DNA from: Anaerolineales bacterium
Lineage (GTDB): Bacteria; Chloroflexota; Anaerolineae; Anaerolineales; E44-bin32
Length of the DNA: 64,000 nt
Direction: 5' to 3'
NCBI GenBank assembly: GCA_041573795.1
Contig: JBFFQB010000001.1
Location: 18,876-82,875, forward strand
Shown here in pieces: positions 35,573-43,260 of this stretch. The notes under the pieces are model-generated. The model saw only the letters and a list, made by a program, of their open reading frames with translations. It had not been told where the DNA came from and made no database searches. A program made the position numbers and the translations under genes. Numbering within the stretch: the stretch's first letter is position 1; each line of letters opens with the position of its first letter.

Positions 35573-36412
35573 ATGAATGTAACGATGAAACCAAAAGACG
35601 AAAAACTCATTTTGCTGACGAATGATGATGGTATCCGCTCCCCCGGCTTATGGGCTGCTGCGGAAGGGCTCTCTGAACTTGGGTACGTTGTGGTGGCGGC
35701 TCCTCGCGAACAAAGTTCTGGCGCCGGTCGCAGCATGCCGATTCATTCGGACGGAAAACTGCACGAAGAGCAGGTAGAGGTGCGCGGGAAAACATGGAAT
35801 GTATACGCGGTCGGAGGGTCCCCGGCGCAAGCAGTTCAGCATGGCATACTAGAGCTGCTTCCAAGAACCCCTGACTTGGTGGTAGCAGGCATCAATTATG
35901 GTGAAAATCTCACTGTTGGGGTGACCATATCGGGTACAGTTGGCGCTGCCCTGGAAGGTGCTGCAGCTGGAGTTCCTGCCCTGGCGGTCTCGCTGGAAAT
36001 GTCACAGCATGACTTTCTTTCGTACACAGATGCGATCGATTTTACCGCTGCGACATTCTTCACCTGCTACTTTGCTAGCCGCCTTCTTGCGACCCCTGTT
36101 ATGGCGGATGTTGACGTCCTCAAAGTTGATATTCCCCGGCAAGCGACACCTGAAACACCCTGGAAGATGACACGCTTGTCACGCCAGAAATACTATGTCC
36201 CAAAAATTCCCCGTCGGGAGCATCTTGAAGAATCAGTGAAGCTGGGCTATGAGGTCAAGCTGGATGAGACTAACCTGGAACCCGATTCGGATGTGCATGC
36301 CATCTGCATTGAGAAAGTGGTTTCGGTCACGCCATTAAGCCTGGACCTCACCTCACGGGTAGAATTCGTCAGGCTTGAGCAACAACTAAGGGACGCCCCC
36401 GGGTTGTGCTAA
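35573..36412 (+). CDS. surE: 5'/3'-nucleotidase SurE
   Basis: LILLTNDDGIRSPGL, GINYGENL, SGTVGAALEGA motifs. Start is ATG 35573 or 35585 (track TTG 35546 is less likely). Confidence 0.88.
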   Translation: MNVTMKPKDEKLILLTNDDGIRSPGLWAAAEGLSELGYVVVAAPREQSSGAGRSMPIHSDGKLHEEQVEVRGKTWNVYAVGGSPAQAVQHGILELLPRTPDLVVAGINYGENLTVGVTISGTVGAALEGAAAGVPALAVSLEMSQHDFLSYTDAIDFTAATFFTCYFASRLLATPVMADVDVLKVDIPRQATPETPWKMTRLSRQKYYVPKIPRREHLEESVKLGYEVKLDETNLEPDSDVHAICIEKVVSVTPLSLDLTSRVEFVRLEQQLRDAPGLC

Positions 36413-36448
36413 CCAGGCAGCATCCCTTGCGTGTGTCTTGATTAATGA

Positions 36449-37072
36449 TTATGAATCGGATTGGTTGAGCAGCTCATCGATCGATCGAAGCTCTTCTAAA
36501 ATTTGGTCTCGCTGCACCTTGGTTTGTGCGAGCAGGGCTTCAAAAGCCGGTCGCTGCTCGGCCGGGACGGTTTCTACCAATCGCTGGGCTCGCAGAATTT
36601 GATTTTCCTTCTGCTGTAATTTCTCCTGCAAGCGATCTGAATAGCCTTTGTGAAAGGCGCGTGAGGCCAGCGGCGCTGGCTGCTCGATCGTATTGCCGGT
36701 TAGTACTTCTGCAACGGTGAGCAAAAGTTCAGAAGCCTCAATGGGTTTCTCGAGAAAACGAACTGCGCCAAGGCTCAAGGCGAACTGCTTATCATCCTCG
36801 GTGATGAACGTAGCGGAAACGAAGATGATCGGTATGTGGCGAGTTTGTGGATCGCTCCTGACGCGTTGGGCAAGCGCATACCCATCTAGTTTGGGCATCA
36901 GGATGTCGGTTAGGATCAGCGCTGGTTGTTCTGAAGCAATGTATTCAAGCGCTTCGTCGCCATTGCGAGCTGTGACAACATCGTAGCCTTTAAACTTCAG
37001 TGTTACCTCAAGCAGTTCAAGGATATGAGGGATATCTTCGACGATCAGAATCGGTCCGCGCGGTGAGCTCAT
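36449..37072 (-). CDS. response regulator: receiver domain + C-terminal coiled-coil, no recognisable DNA-binding output
   Basis: 207 aa. ILIVEDIPHILELL...LILTDILMPKLDG...LEKPI. The C-terminal 80 aa are helical and Q/E/L-rich. Confidence 0.85.
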   Translation of the reverse strand: MSSPRGPILIVEDIPHILELLEVTLKFKGYDVVTARNGDEALEYIASEQPALILTDILMPKLDGYALAQRVRSDPQTRHIPIIFVSATFITEDDKQFALSLGAVRFLEKPIEASELLLTVAEVLTGNTIEQPAPLASRAFHKGYSDRLQEKLQQKENQILRAQRLVETVPAEQRPAFEALLAQTKVQRDQILEELRSIDELLNQSDS

Positions 37073-37138
37073 GATTTGAATTGTATATCGAACGTGCTGG
37101 AAGGCAATCCCTTCAATATTGCCGAGGATCAGGTCGGC

Positions 37139-38380
37139 TCATACACGTTTCCAGGCGGAGAGGGTTTCAATGTGAAAAGTCTGGGGAAAAATGTCGATCG
37201 GGGTGATTTGCTCCACTTGGTACCCACCACGCACCAACCGTTTCGCATCACGTGCAAACGTTCCGAGATCACACGAGAGGTAAACGATTCGCCCTGCAGC
37301 TTTTTCGATCACAGCGTCGAGGGCGGCTTTTGATAACCCTGAACGGGGAGGGTCCATCAGAATGATATCTGCGGGCAAGGTGGCAGCCGGGAGGGCGATT
37401 TCAACAGGTGCCTCAAAGAGCGAAATCTCATTGAACATCCCCAAGTTTGTTTCGAAATCTGCACATGCTGCATCTGACTCTTCAATTGCTACGACGCGGG
37501 CACCCTGTTGTGCTGCAAAGGCGCTGAAAAGGCCCACGCCCGCATATAGGTCAAAGAAGTTCATCCCCGGTTCGAGGCCAAGGGCGGATAGGACTTGCGC
37601 AACCAGATCGTCAAGGATGCTTGAATTTACCTGGAAGAATGAAGGAGGCGAAACCCGAAAGCTATGCCCTCTGATCTCAAAGTTGATCGAACTTTCCCCA
37701 GCAAGGATGCGCCAAGCGCGGCTGTCCTGCCATGCAATCGAGGCGGGGAAATCAACCTCAACTTCGGAAATGCGACTCATATCACCGTGAAATATGATTA
37801 ACGGATCGCCGCTTGTGCCTAGGCGAATGCCGACCTGTTCAATGGCAGTCTCGGGAGGAAGTTCGATGCGCGCCCACAGGTCCTTCAGATCGGGCTCGGG
37901 TAGGTGGCACGCTTCCAGGGAGAAAAGGGTGGTTCCCTGGGAACGGAAGAAACCCAATGAACCATCGGGTAGAACATGATAGCGCATGTGGTTTCGATAT
38001 TCCCAGGGGCGCGGTGATGGGATGGCATCGACGACCGGTGGATCTGAGAGACCGCCAATCCGCTCTAATTGCTCTCTGACAATCGTAGCCTTGGTGAGGA
38101 GCTGATGCTCATAAGCGAGATGCTGGTAGTGGCAACCCCCACAATTACTGAAGTGTTGACAGCGGGCTTCGATACGGTCAGAGGACGTATGAAGCCAGTG
38201 TTGGGGCATTATCCGTACCCAACGGGTTCGATCGTCTTTTACTGCGCCCTGTACCCGCTCGCCGGGCATGCAATAAGGCGCAAAGACCATGCGGCCGTCA
38301 TGGGCGCGTCCAAGGGCCTCCCCCCCATAAGCCCATCCCGTAAGCTGTACTTCGATCAAGTCTTTTGAATCTTTGGTCAT
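37139..38380 (-). CDS. 23S rRNA (uracil-C5)-methyltransferase, RlmD/RumA family
   Basis: TRAM-like N-terminus, Fe-S Cys cluster CQHFSNCGGCHYQH, SAM fold DLYAGVGLFS, catalytic YLSCDLGTFARD. ATG 38380 is preferred over 38434. Confidence 0.85.
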   Translation of the reverse strand: MTKDSKDLIEVQLTGWAYGGEALGRAHDGRMVFAPYCMPGERVQGAVKDDRTRWVRIMPQHWLHTSSDRIEARCQHFSNCGGCHYQHLAYEHQLLTKATIVREQLERIGGLSDPPVVDAIPSPRPWEYRNHMRYHVLPDGSLGFFRSQGTTLFSLEACHLPEPDLKDLWARIELPPETAIEQVGIRLGTSGDPLIIFHGDMSRISEVEVDFPASIAWQDSRAWRILAGESSINFEIRGHSFRVSPPSFFQVNSSILDDLVAQVLSALGLEPGMNFFDLYAGVGLFSAFAAQQGARVVAIEESDAACADFETNLGMFNEISLFEAPVEIALPAATLPADIILMDPPRSGLSKAALDAVIEKAAGRIVYLSCDLGTFARDAKRLVRGGYQVEQITPIDIFPQTFHIETLSAWKRV

Positions 38381-38745
38381 GTCTAAGCCAGCCGTCAAGC
38401 CGCACGTGATCTTCCCGGTAAATTGCCAGGGCACCTTTCACCCTGACGAGGCCATTCTATCAAGATCAGGGGCTCGCAGGAAGTCTGCGTGAAATTCTTG
38501 TGGCCATCATTGGCCAGTCTTTTAATTCAGATTCAACAAACCAGAAGGTTAGTTTAATTATATTGATATAGATATTGACAAATACGCATAATTATGGCTT
38601 AAATAATGGATATTATTAAAGCGATGCTTAATTATATTTATTCAGGACAGGGTTACCAGTGTTGCGGGATCAAACTGGTGTTACTTCAGCGATTGGCGAT
38701 TGCGCATTCAACTTTATGAGTGTCAGGAATTGGCGAGGGAAAAAG

Positions 38746-39120
38746 ATGAATCCCATTCTAACAACCTGTCCGGTCTGCAAAGAGCGTGTATCCATCACCC
38801 GTCTTCATTGTCGCAACTGTGACACAACGATCGAAGGGCATTTCGACATGGGTCGATTCGGGCGACTCAATGCCGATCAACTGAGCTTTCTCGAGACCTT
38901 TGTCCGCTGTGAGGGCAAGTTAAATCGCATGGAGCCCGAACTGGGGATGTCGTATCCCACCTTGCGGGCACGGTTGAACGAAATCATTCAAAGCATGGGC
39001 TTCCCCGTGGGAGCGGAGGTTGGTCGATTGAGTGATGAAGAAAGACATACTATCCTGGATGATCTTGCCTCGGGAAAACTTAGTTCGGAAGAAGCGATGC
39101 AGTTGTTGGAAGGCGATTGA
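38746..39120 (+). CDS. DUF2089-family protein (zinc ribbon + HTH putative regulator) with C-terminal SHOCT-like helix motif
   Basis: MNPILTTCPVCKERVSITRLHCRNCDTTIEGHF...LSFLETFVRCEGKLNRMEPELGMSYPTLRARLNEI matches the DUF2089 pattern. RBS GAGGGAAAAAG. The track start at 38659 lies in an AT-rich non-coding stretch. Confidence 0.82.
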   Translation: MNPILTTCPVCKERVSITRLHCRNCDTTIEGHFDMGRFGRLNADQLSFLETFVRCEGKLNRMEPELGMSYPTLRARLNEIIQSMGFPVGAEVGRLSDEERHTILDDLASGKLSSEEAMQLLEGD

Positions 39121-39168
39121 AGTCTAGCATTGCAGATTCATAGGGAAATGTGTGCGGAGGGCTAGGCC

Positions 39169-40317
39169 ATGGAAAGAATTCTTAGAGATGTAGGCAAGGA
39201 TCCGAGAATTATCATCGACAGCATTGGTGGTGATTTGCGTGTATCTGGGCGTGAGGGTGAGCAATTGGAGGCGCTAGCACCTGAGAAGGGGGAGTTGAAA
39301 GTCGAGCAATCCAAGAAAGGGATTGAAATATCATGTCGCTCTGGGTGTCTGCTCTTCGTCCCGAAAGGTGCCCAGCTTGAAGCAGGCGATATCGGGGGGG
39401 ACGGGCGTTTGACGGATGTGCATGGAGAGGTGCTTATACAAACGATCGGCGGGGATGTGAGTATGCGTCGCCTTGGAAAAACAAGCCTCGCTCGCGTTGG
39501 AGGTGATGCGCAGATCCGTGAGATCGCGGGAGCACTCATGATCGACAACATTGGTGGTGATGCCGTCATTCGTGCTATTGAGAAAGAAGTGCATTTGCGC
39601 ATGGTGGGCGGAGATCTGTTGTTGGGCGAGGTTGCCGGTTCGGTCGAGGTCACGGTTGGTGGTGACGCCGTTGTGAGCCTAAGCACAGGAGCAAACAACC
39701 GGGCGGTAATTCAGACCGGAAGCGATCTGGCCTGCCAGCTCCCCGAGATCCCTTCCGCCAAGCTCAATGTGCGTGCTGGTGGAAATGTGCATGTCCCTGC
39801 TGGCCTAGAGATTGATCCTGCAACAAGAGAGTTCAGTGTCACGCTCGGAGAGGGCGTTGCTGATATTACCTTACGCGCCGGAGCCGATCTTAGCCTGCGC
39901 TATGGGAAATCCATAGAGGGTGTTGATACCGAATTCGTGGGTGATATCCTGACTGAGGTCGATGCGAAATTGGCAGAGATGGAGGCGCGCTTCAATGCTA
40001 TGAGCGCCGGCATGTACAGTTTCGATGCGGAGCGAATCGCGGAACGGGTTAGACGTTCCGTTCGCCAGGCGCAGCGACGAGCTGAACGAGCAGTGCAAAA
40101 GGCAGAGGATAAGGTGCACAAAGCGCAGCGACAGCAGTTCGGTTTTAAGTTTGACCCAGATAGTGGCTGGCCTGATCTCAGATTTGCCGATTTCAATCCG
40201 GCGGATACCGAACCGTCGGATGAAGAACGGTTGGCAATATTGCGCATGGTTGAGAGCGGCAAGATTTCGGTAAGTGAAGCTGAGGGGTTGCTACAAGCGC
40301 TGGAGGGTAAATCTTGA
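39169..40317 (+). CDS. GGD-repeat beta-helix protein (DUF4097 / YvlB-LiaX-like) + basic coiled-coil + C-terminal SHOCT-like motif
   Basis: 382 aa. Seven [IV]GGD motifs, six of them at 17-18-residue spacing (aa 76-166). AERIAERVRRSVRQAQRRAERAVQKAEDKVHKAQRQQ helix. C-terminal EERLAILRMVESGKISVSEAEGLLQALEGKS. Confidence 0.8.
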   Translation: MERILRDVGKDPRIIIDSIGGDLRVSGREGEQLEALAPEKGELKVEQSKKGIEISCRSGCLLFVPKGAQLEAGDIGGDGRLTDVHGEVLIQTIGGDVSMRRLGKTSLARVGGDAQIREIAGALMIDNIGGDAVIRAIEKEVHLRMVGGDLLLGEVAGSVEVTVGGDAVVSLSTGANNRAVIQTGSDLACQLPEIPSAKLNVRAGGNVHVPAGLEIDPATREFSVTLGEGVADITLRAGADLSLRYGKSIEGVDTEFVGDILTEVDAKLAEMEARFNAMSAGMYSFDAERIAERVRRSVRQAQRRAERAVQKAEDKVHKAQRQQFGFKFDPDSGWPDLRFADFNPADTEPSDEERLAILRMVESGKISVSEAEGLLQALEGKS

Positions 40318-41279
40318 CAGCAACCGTAGCTGCAGGTCCATCTGCATCAGGACGGGGAATCAGACCTTTTGATCCGGGCCGTGACCTGAGTGCATTGGCT
40401 GACTTGATCGAAGTGGGCTTTGCACAAAACCTGGATCCTTCTGGACAAAGGCTGGTTCGAGGTTTACGCGCCTTAGGACGTTTCGGATGGTTGGGAGGAC
40501 AGCTCAGCCGGTGGTTGTTGCCGCCCGCGGCAAATCCTCAGGGCTACGTATGGGAGCAGGATGGGGTTGTATTGGGCAATGCCAGCTTGTTGCCAGTGAC
40601 CGGCTATCCGCAGCGCTGGGTCCTGGCGAATGTTGTCGTCCTTCCTGGTCAGCGCCGCAGGGGAATTGGACGTATTTTGGTTAAGGAATCAATTCAACAT
40701 GCCAGAAGGCGAGGCGCGCAGGAAATCATCCTCCAAGTGGATCATGACAACGAAGGGGCAATATCGCTGTATCACAAACTTGGTTTCCGCTCATCAATCC
40801 CACGTACGAGCTGGGTAGGACGATTGTCGCACATGAGTTTGCCTGCTGAGCAGCCACAAGTGCGACGGCGTGAGAGATCGGAATGGCAGCAACAGTATCG
40901 GCTGGCCCGCGTTCTTCACCCGGAGGGTCTGGTGTGGCCTTTTCCAGCGAGCGCCGGATATTTTCGCCCGAGAGTGTTAGCAAAACCATTAGGGCTAGGA
41001 GCAGACCGGCACTGGGTCTGGGTCGAAGATGATCGAATCGATGGCTCGGCTAGTCTGCGATGGGGTCTTGAAGCCGGATCACTGCGCTTGATCCTGCTTG
41101 TGGAGCAGGAGCGTAAGGGGGAATTGGAGGGCGCCCTGGTAACCGCAGCTTTAAACACATTGCAGCCGTTTGGTGATGTCGTTCAGCTCGATTATCCAAA
41201 GGACGTAGCCGGATCAACTTTCAAGGAGATCGGTTTTTCGGCGCAGCGCCATCTGCTCTGGATGAGGCTGCTGCTGTAA
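40314..41279 (+). CDS. GNAT-family N-acetyltransferase (two-lobed, 321 aa)
   Basis: VVVLPGQRRRGIGRILVKESIQHARRRGAQEIILQVDHDNEGAISLYHKLGF (acetyl-CoA Q/RxxGxG/A motif). TTG start overlaps the upstream stop (TTGA). Confidence 0.8.
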   Translation: MTATVAAGPSASGRGIRPFDPGRDLSALADLIEVGFAQNLDPSGQRLVRGLRALGRFGWLGGQLSRWLLPPAANPQGYVWEQDGVVLGNASLLPVTGYPQRWVLANVVVLPGQRRRGIGRILVKESIQHARRRGAQEIILQVDHDNEGAISLYHKLGFRSSIPRTSWVGRLSHMSLPAEQPQVRRRERSEWQQQYRLARVLHPEGLVWPFPASAGYFRPRVLAKPLGLGADRHWVWVEDDRIDGSASLRWGLEAGSLRLILLVEQERKGELEGALVTAALNTLQPFGDVVQLDYPKDVAGSTFKEIGFSAQRHLLWMRLLL

Positions 41280-41536
41280 GGACCTGGTCAGGGCTTATTT
41301 GGATAGAGAATATATATAAACGATGCTCGCGGGGATTCGTTGCGTTAGACAAATCCACATCCAACGAATCTGTAGACAACTTTGGATCTTGCATGCGGTT
41401 CTGTAGGAAGTTAGCGAGCCGCCAAGGGTTCAGGAGCCATCGGTTGAGGTTTTTTGATCTCGCCGGTCCCAGCGACCGTAGGACCCCATGCCATTATCAG
41501 GGTTGGGTTAAGAATTGGAGCGGAGGAGAGCGGATC

Positions 41537-42091
41537 ATGAATGAATCTGATCGTATGGTTATCCTCAATCAACTTGAAAACGGTGAAATAGATACCGAGC
41601 AAGCGCTTCAAGCTTTGGGGGCAGATCAGGAACCGTATGCCGATTCGGATAAGCGCGCAAGTTCAGATCAAACCTCCCGCCGCGGTGCATGGTGGCTGGT
41701 CCCGTTTTCCCTGGGCATCGCAGGGGCGGCGGCAGGGATGGGGCTCTCACAACTAGGGGGTTTATGGTGGGTATGCGCCGGTCCCTTGTTGGTCGCTTCT
41801 CTACTTGTTGTGATCCTGTCGGCAGTGACAAGCCAATCCCTCTGGGTGGACTTACGCGTCCGGAACAGCACAACGCGTGGTGCCCGAAAGATCAATTTAT
41901 CCCTTCCTCTGCCAATAAATCTGACAGCATGGGCATTACAAACGTTTGGCAACAACATACCAGGCTTGGATCAGACAAGTGTCGATGAGGTGATCCTGGG
42001 CTTGGAAGGCAATCTTGCCCCTGAGACACCCATTCAGATTGAAATTCGTGAGGAAGAAGATGGTGAACATGTAGAAGTGTTTATGGGATAA
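41537..42091 (+). CDS. hypothetical membrane protein: N-terminal SHOCT-like motif, 2 TM, C-terminal domain paralogous to the next gene
   Basis: ATG 41537 with a GGAGGAGAG RBS. MNESDRMVILNQLENGEIDTEQALQALG. TM segments WWLVPFSLGIAGAAAGMGL and LWWVCAGPLLVASLLVVILSAV. C-terminus ...LRVRN...INLSLPLPINL...EDGEHVEVFMG. Confidence 0.7.
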   Translation: MNESDRMVILNQLENGEIDTEQALQALGADQEPYADSDKRASSDQTSRRGAWWLVPFSLGIAGAAAGMGLSQLGGLWWVCAGPLLVASLLVVILSAVTSQSLWVDLRVRNSTTRGARKINLSLPLPINLTAWALQTFGNNIPGLDQTSVDEVILGLEGNLAPETPIQIEIREEEDGEHVEVFMG

Positions 42092-42108
42092 TCTTGGAGG
42101 GCTGGAGT

Positions 42109-42480
42109 ATGTCAACAGAAGAGCGGTTGAAGATCTTAAAGATGATCGAGGAAGGCAAAATCACGGCCGAGGAGGGCACGCGATTGTTAGGCGCGTTAAG
42201 CAAGCAAAAGCAACGCGTGAGTGCGTCAAGCGAGGGTGGACCCAGGTGGTTGCGCGTTCGCGTGCTTGATCTTCACACCGGAAAGGAATCAGTGCGTGTG
42301 AACCTGCCTATCGGCTTGGTCAATGTGGGCATGCGCATGGGCGCAAGGTTTATCCCCGACATGGAGCAAGAAACCGTGATGGAAGATTTAGCTGCAGCTC
42401 TGAACCAGGGTATGACTGGCAAGATCGTCGACATTGTCGATGAGCAAGAAGGGCAACGAGTTGAGATTTTTGTGGAGTGA
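42109..42480 (+). CDS. hypothetical soluble protein: N-terminal SHOCT-like motif + domain paralogous to the 41537-42091 C-terminus
   Basis: MSTEERLKILKMIEEGKITAEEGTRLLGAL...LRVRVLD...VNLPIGLVNVG...DEQEGQRVEIFVE. GGAG RBS. The track start at 42094 is a TTG extension. Confidence 0.7.
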   Translation: MSTEERLKILKMIEEGKITAEEGTRLLGALSKQKQRVSASSEGGPRWLRVRVLDLHTGKESVRVNLPIGLVNVGMRMGARFIPDMEQETVMEDLAAALNQGMTGKIVDIVDEQEGQRVEIFVE

Positions 42481-42559
42481 TCAAGCAGCCCATCTATTCC
42501 AGGGTATCCAACAGACTTAGACAAGGTAACAGGCATTTACAGGAGTTTAGGAGGATCAA

Positions 42560-42952
42560 ATGGATCGTTTAGCACTGAGATTGGCTATCAATGCGCTTGC
42601 GCTCTACCTGGCGGTCGGCACAGGCTGGATCAGCGGCATTCAAGGCGGGGATACACAATGGTGGGCTTACCTTGTAATGGGTCTGATATTCACGCTCGTC
42701 AATGCGTTGCTCAAACCGATTTTGAAGCTCTTGACTTGCCCATTTATTCTGCTGACCCTAGGGTTGTTCACGCTGGTCATCAACACGCTGCTTTTCTGGC
42801 TGACTGGCCTGCTTGGCACTGCGATAGGAAGCGGATTCGGATACCGCATTGACAATTTCTGGGCCGGACTTTTGGGCGCTCTGTTGGTGGGTATCGTCAA
42901 CACTGTGCTAACCTTAATATTCCGAGAGGAACTAAAAAGAGATAAGCAGTAA
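42560..42952 (+). CDS. phage-holin-family-4 / DUF360 membrane protein (YvlD/LiaZ-like)
   Basis: 130 aa, 4 TM. LRLAINALALYLA...NALLKPILKLLTCPFILLTLGLFTLVINTLLFWL is typical of DUF360. AGGAGG RBS. Confidence 0.8.
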   Translation: MDRLALRLAINALALYLAVGTGWISGIQGGDTQWWAYLVMGLIFTLVNALLKPILKLLTCPFILLTLGLFTLVINTLLFWLTGLLGTAIGSGFGYRIDNFWAGLLGALLVGIVNTVLTLIFREELKRDKQ

Positions 42953-42979
42953 TCAGCACGGTGAAGCCTGGGCGACTAA

Positions 42980-43017
42980 CTGTGAGGCGCGATTCAATCG
43001 CAACTCACAGTTTTTTT
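42980..43017 (+). terminator. rho-independent terminator of the envelope-stress-like operon
   Basis: CTGTGAG-GC-GCGAT-TCA-ATCGC-AA-CTCACAG followed by TTTTTTT. Confidence 0.8.
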
Positions 43018-43260
43018 AACTTGGACCTGCACATTTAGCGTTGGTTTGTGCGTTGATGTGCCCTGCTGTGGTCCTATCTGCTGCGTTCCTCCGGCCGGTA
43101 CAGCATGTGTTAATCAAACTTATGTCATGTGGTTTTGGCTCTCACGCCTATGCTATACTCGGAAAAATCAATGGTCCTATGGCAGACTTCCTGCGTGCCA
43201 AGCGAGTTTCCCAACAGCTAGATCTACTGTAGCGCCGGATGTCTTCATTATGTCAAGTCG

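Noticed and set aside
39162-39698. 178-aa minus-strand ORF (S/P/T-rich)
   Set aside because: It is an artefact of the periodic GGTGGTGAT-type repeats of the plus-strand GGD beta-helix gene.
43171-43221. 16-codon ORF (MVLWQTSCVPSEFPNS) 11 nt downstream of a TGCTATACT box upstream of the histidine kinase; considered as a leaderless leader peptide
   Set aside because: It is too short and unsupported. The -10-to-ATG spacing is longer than in the other leaderless candidates.
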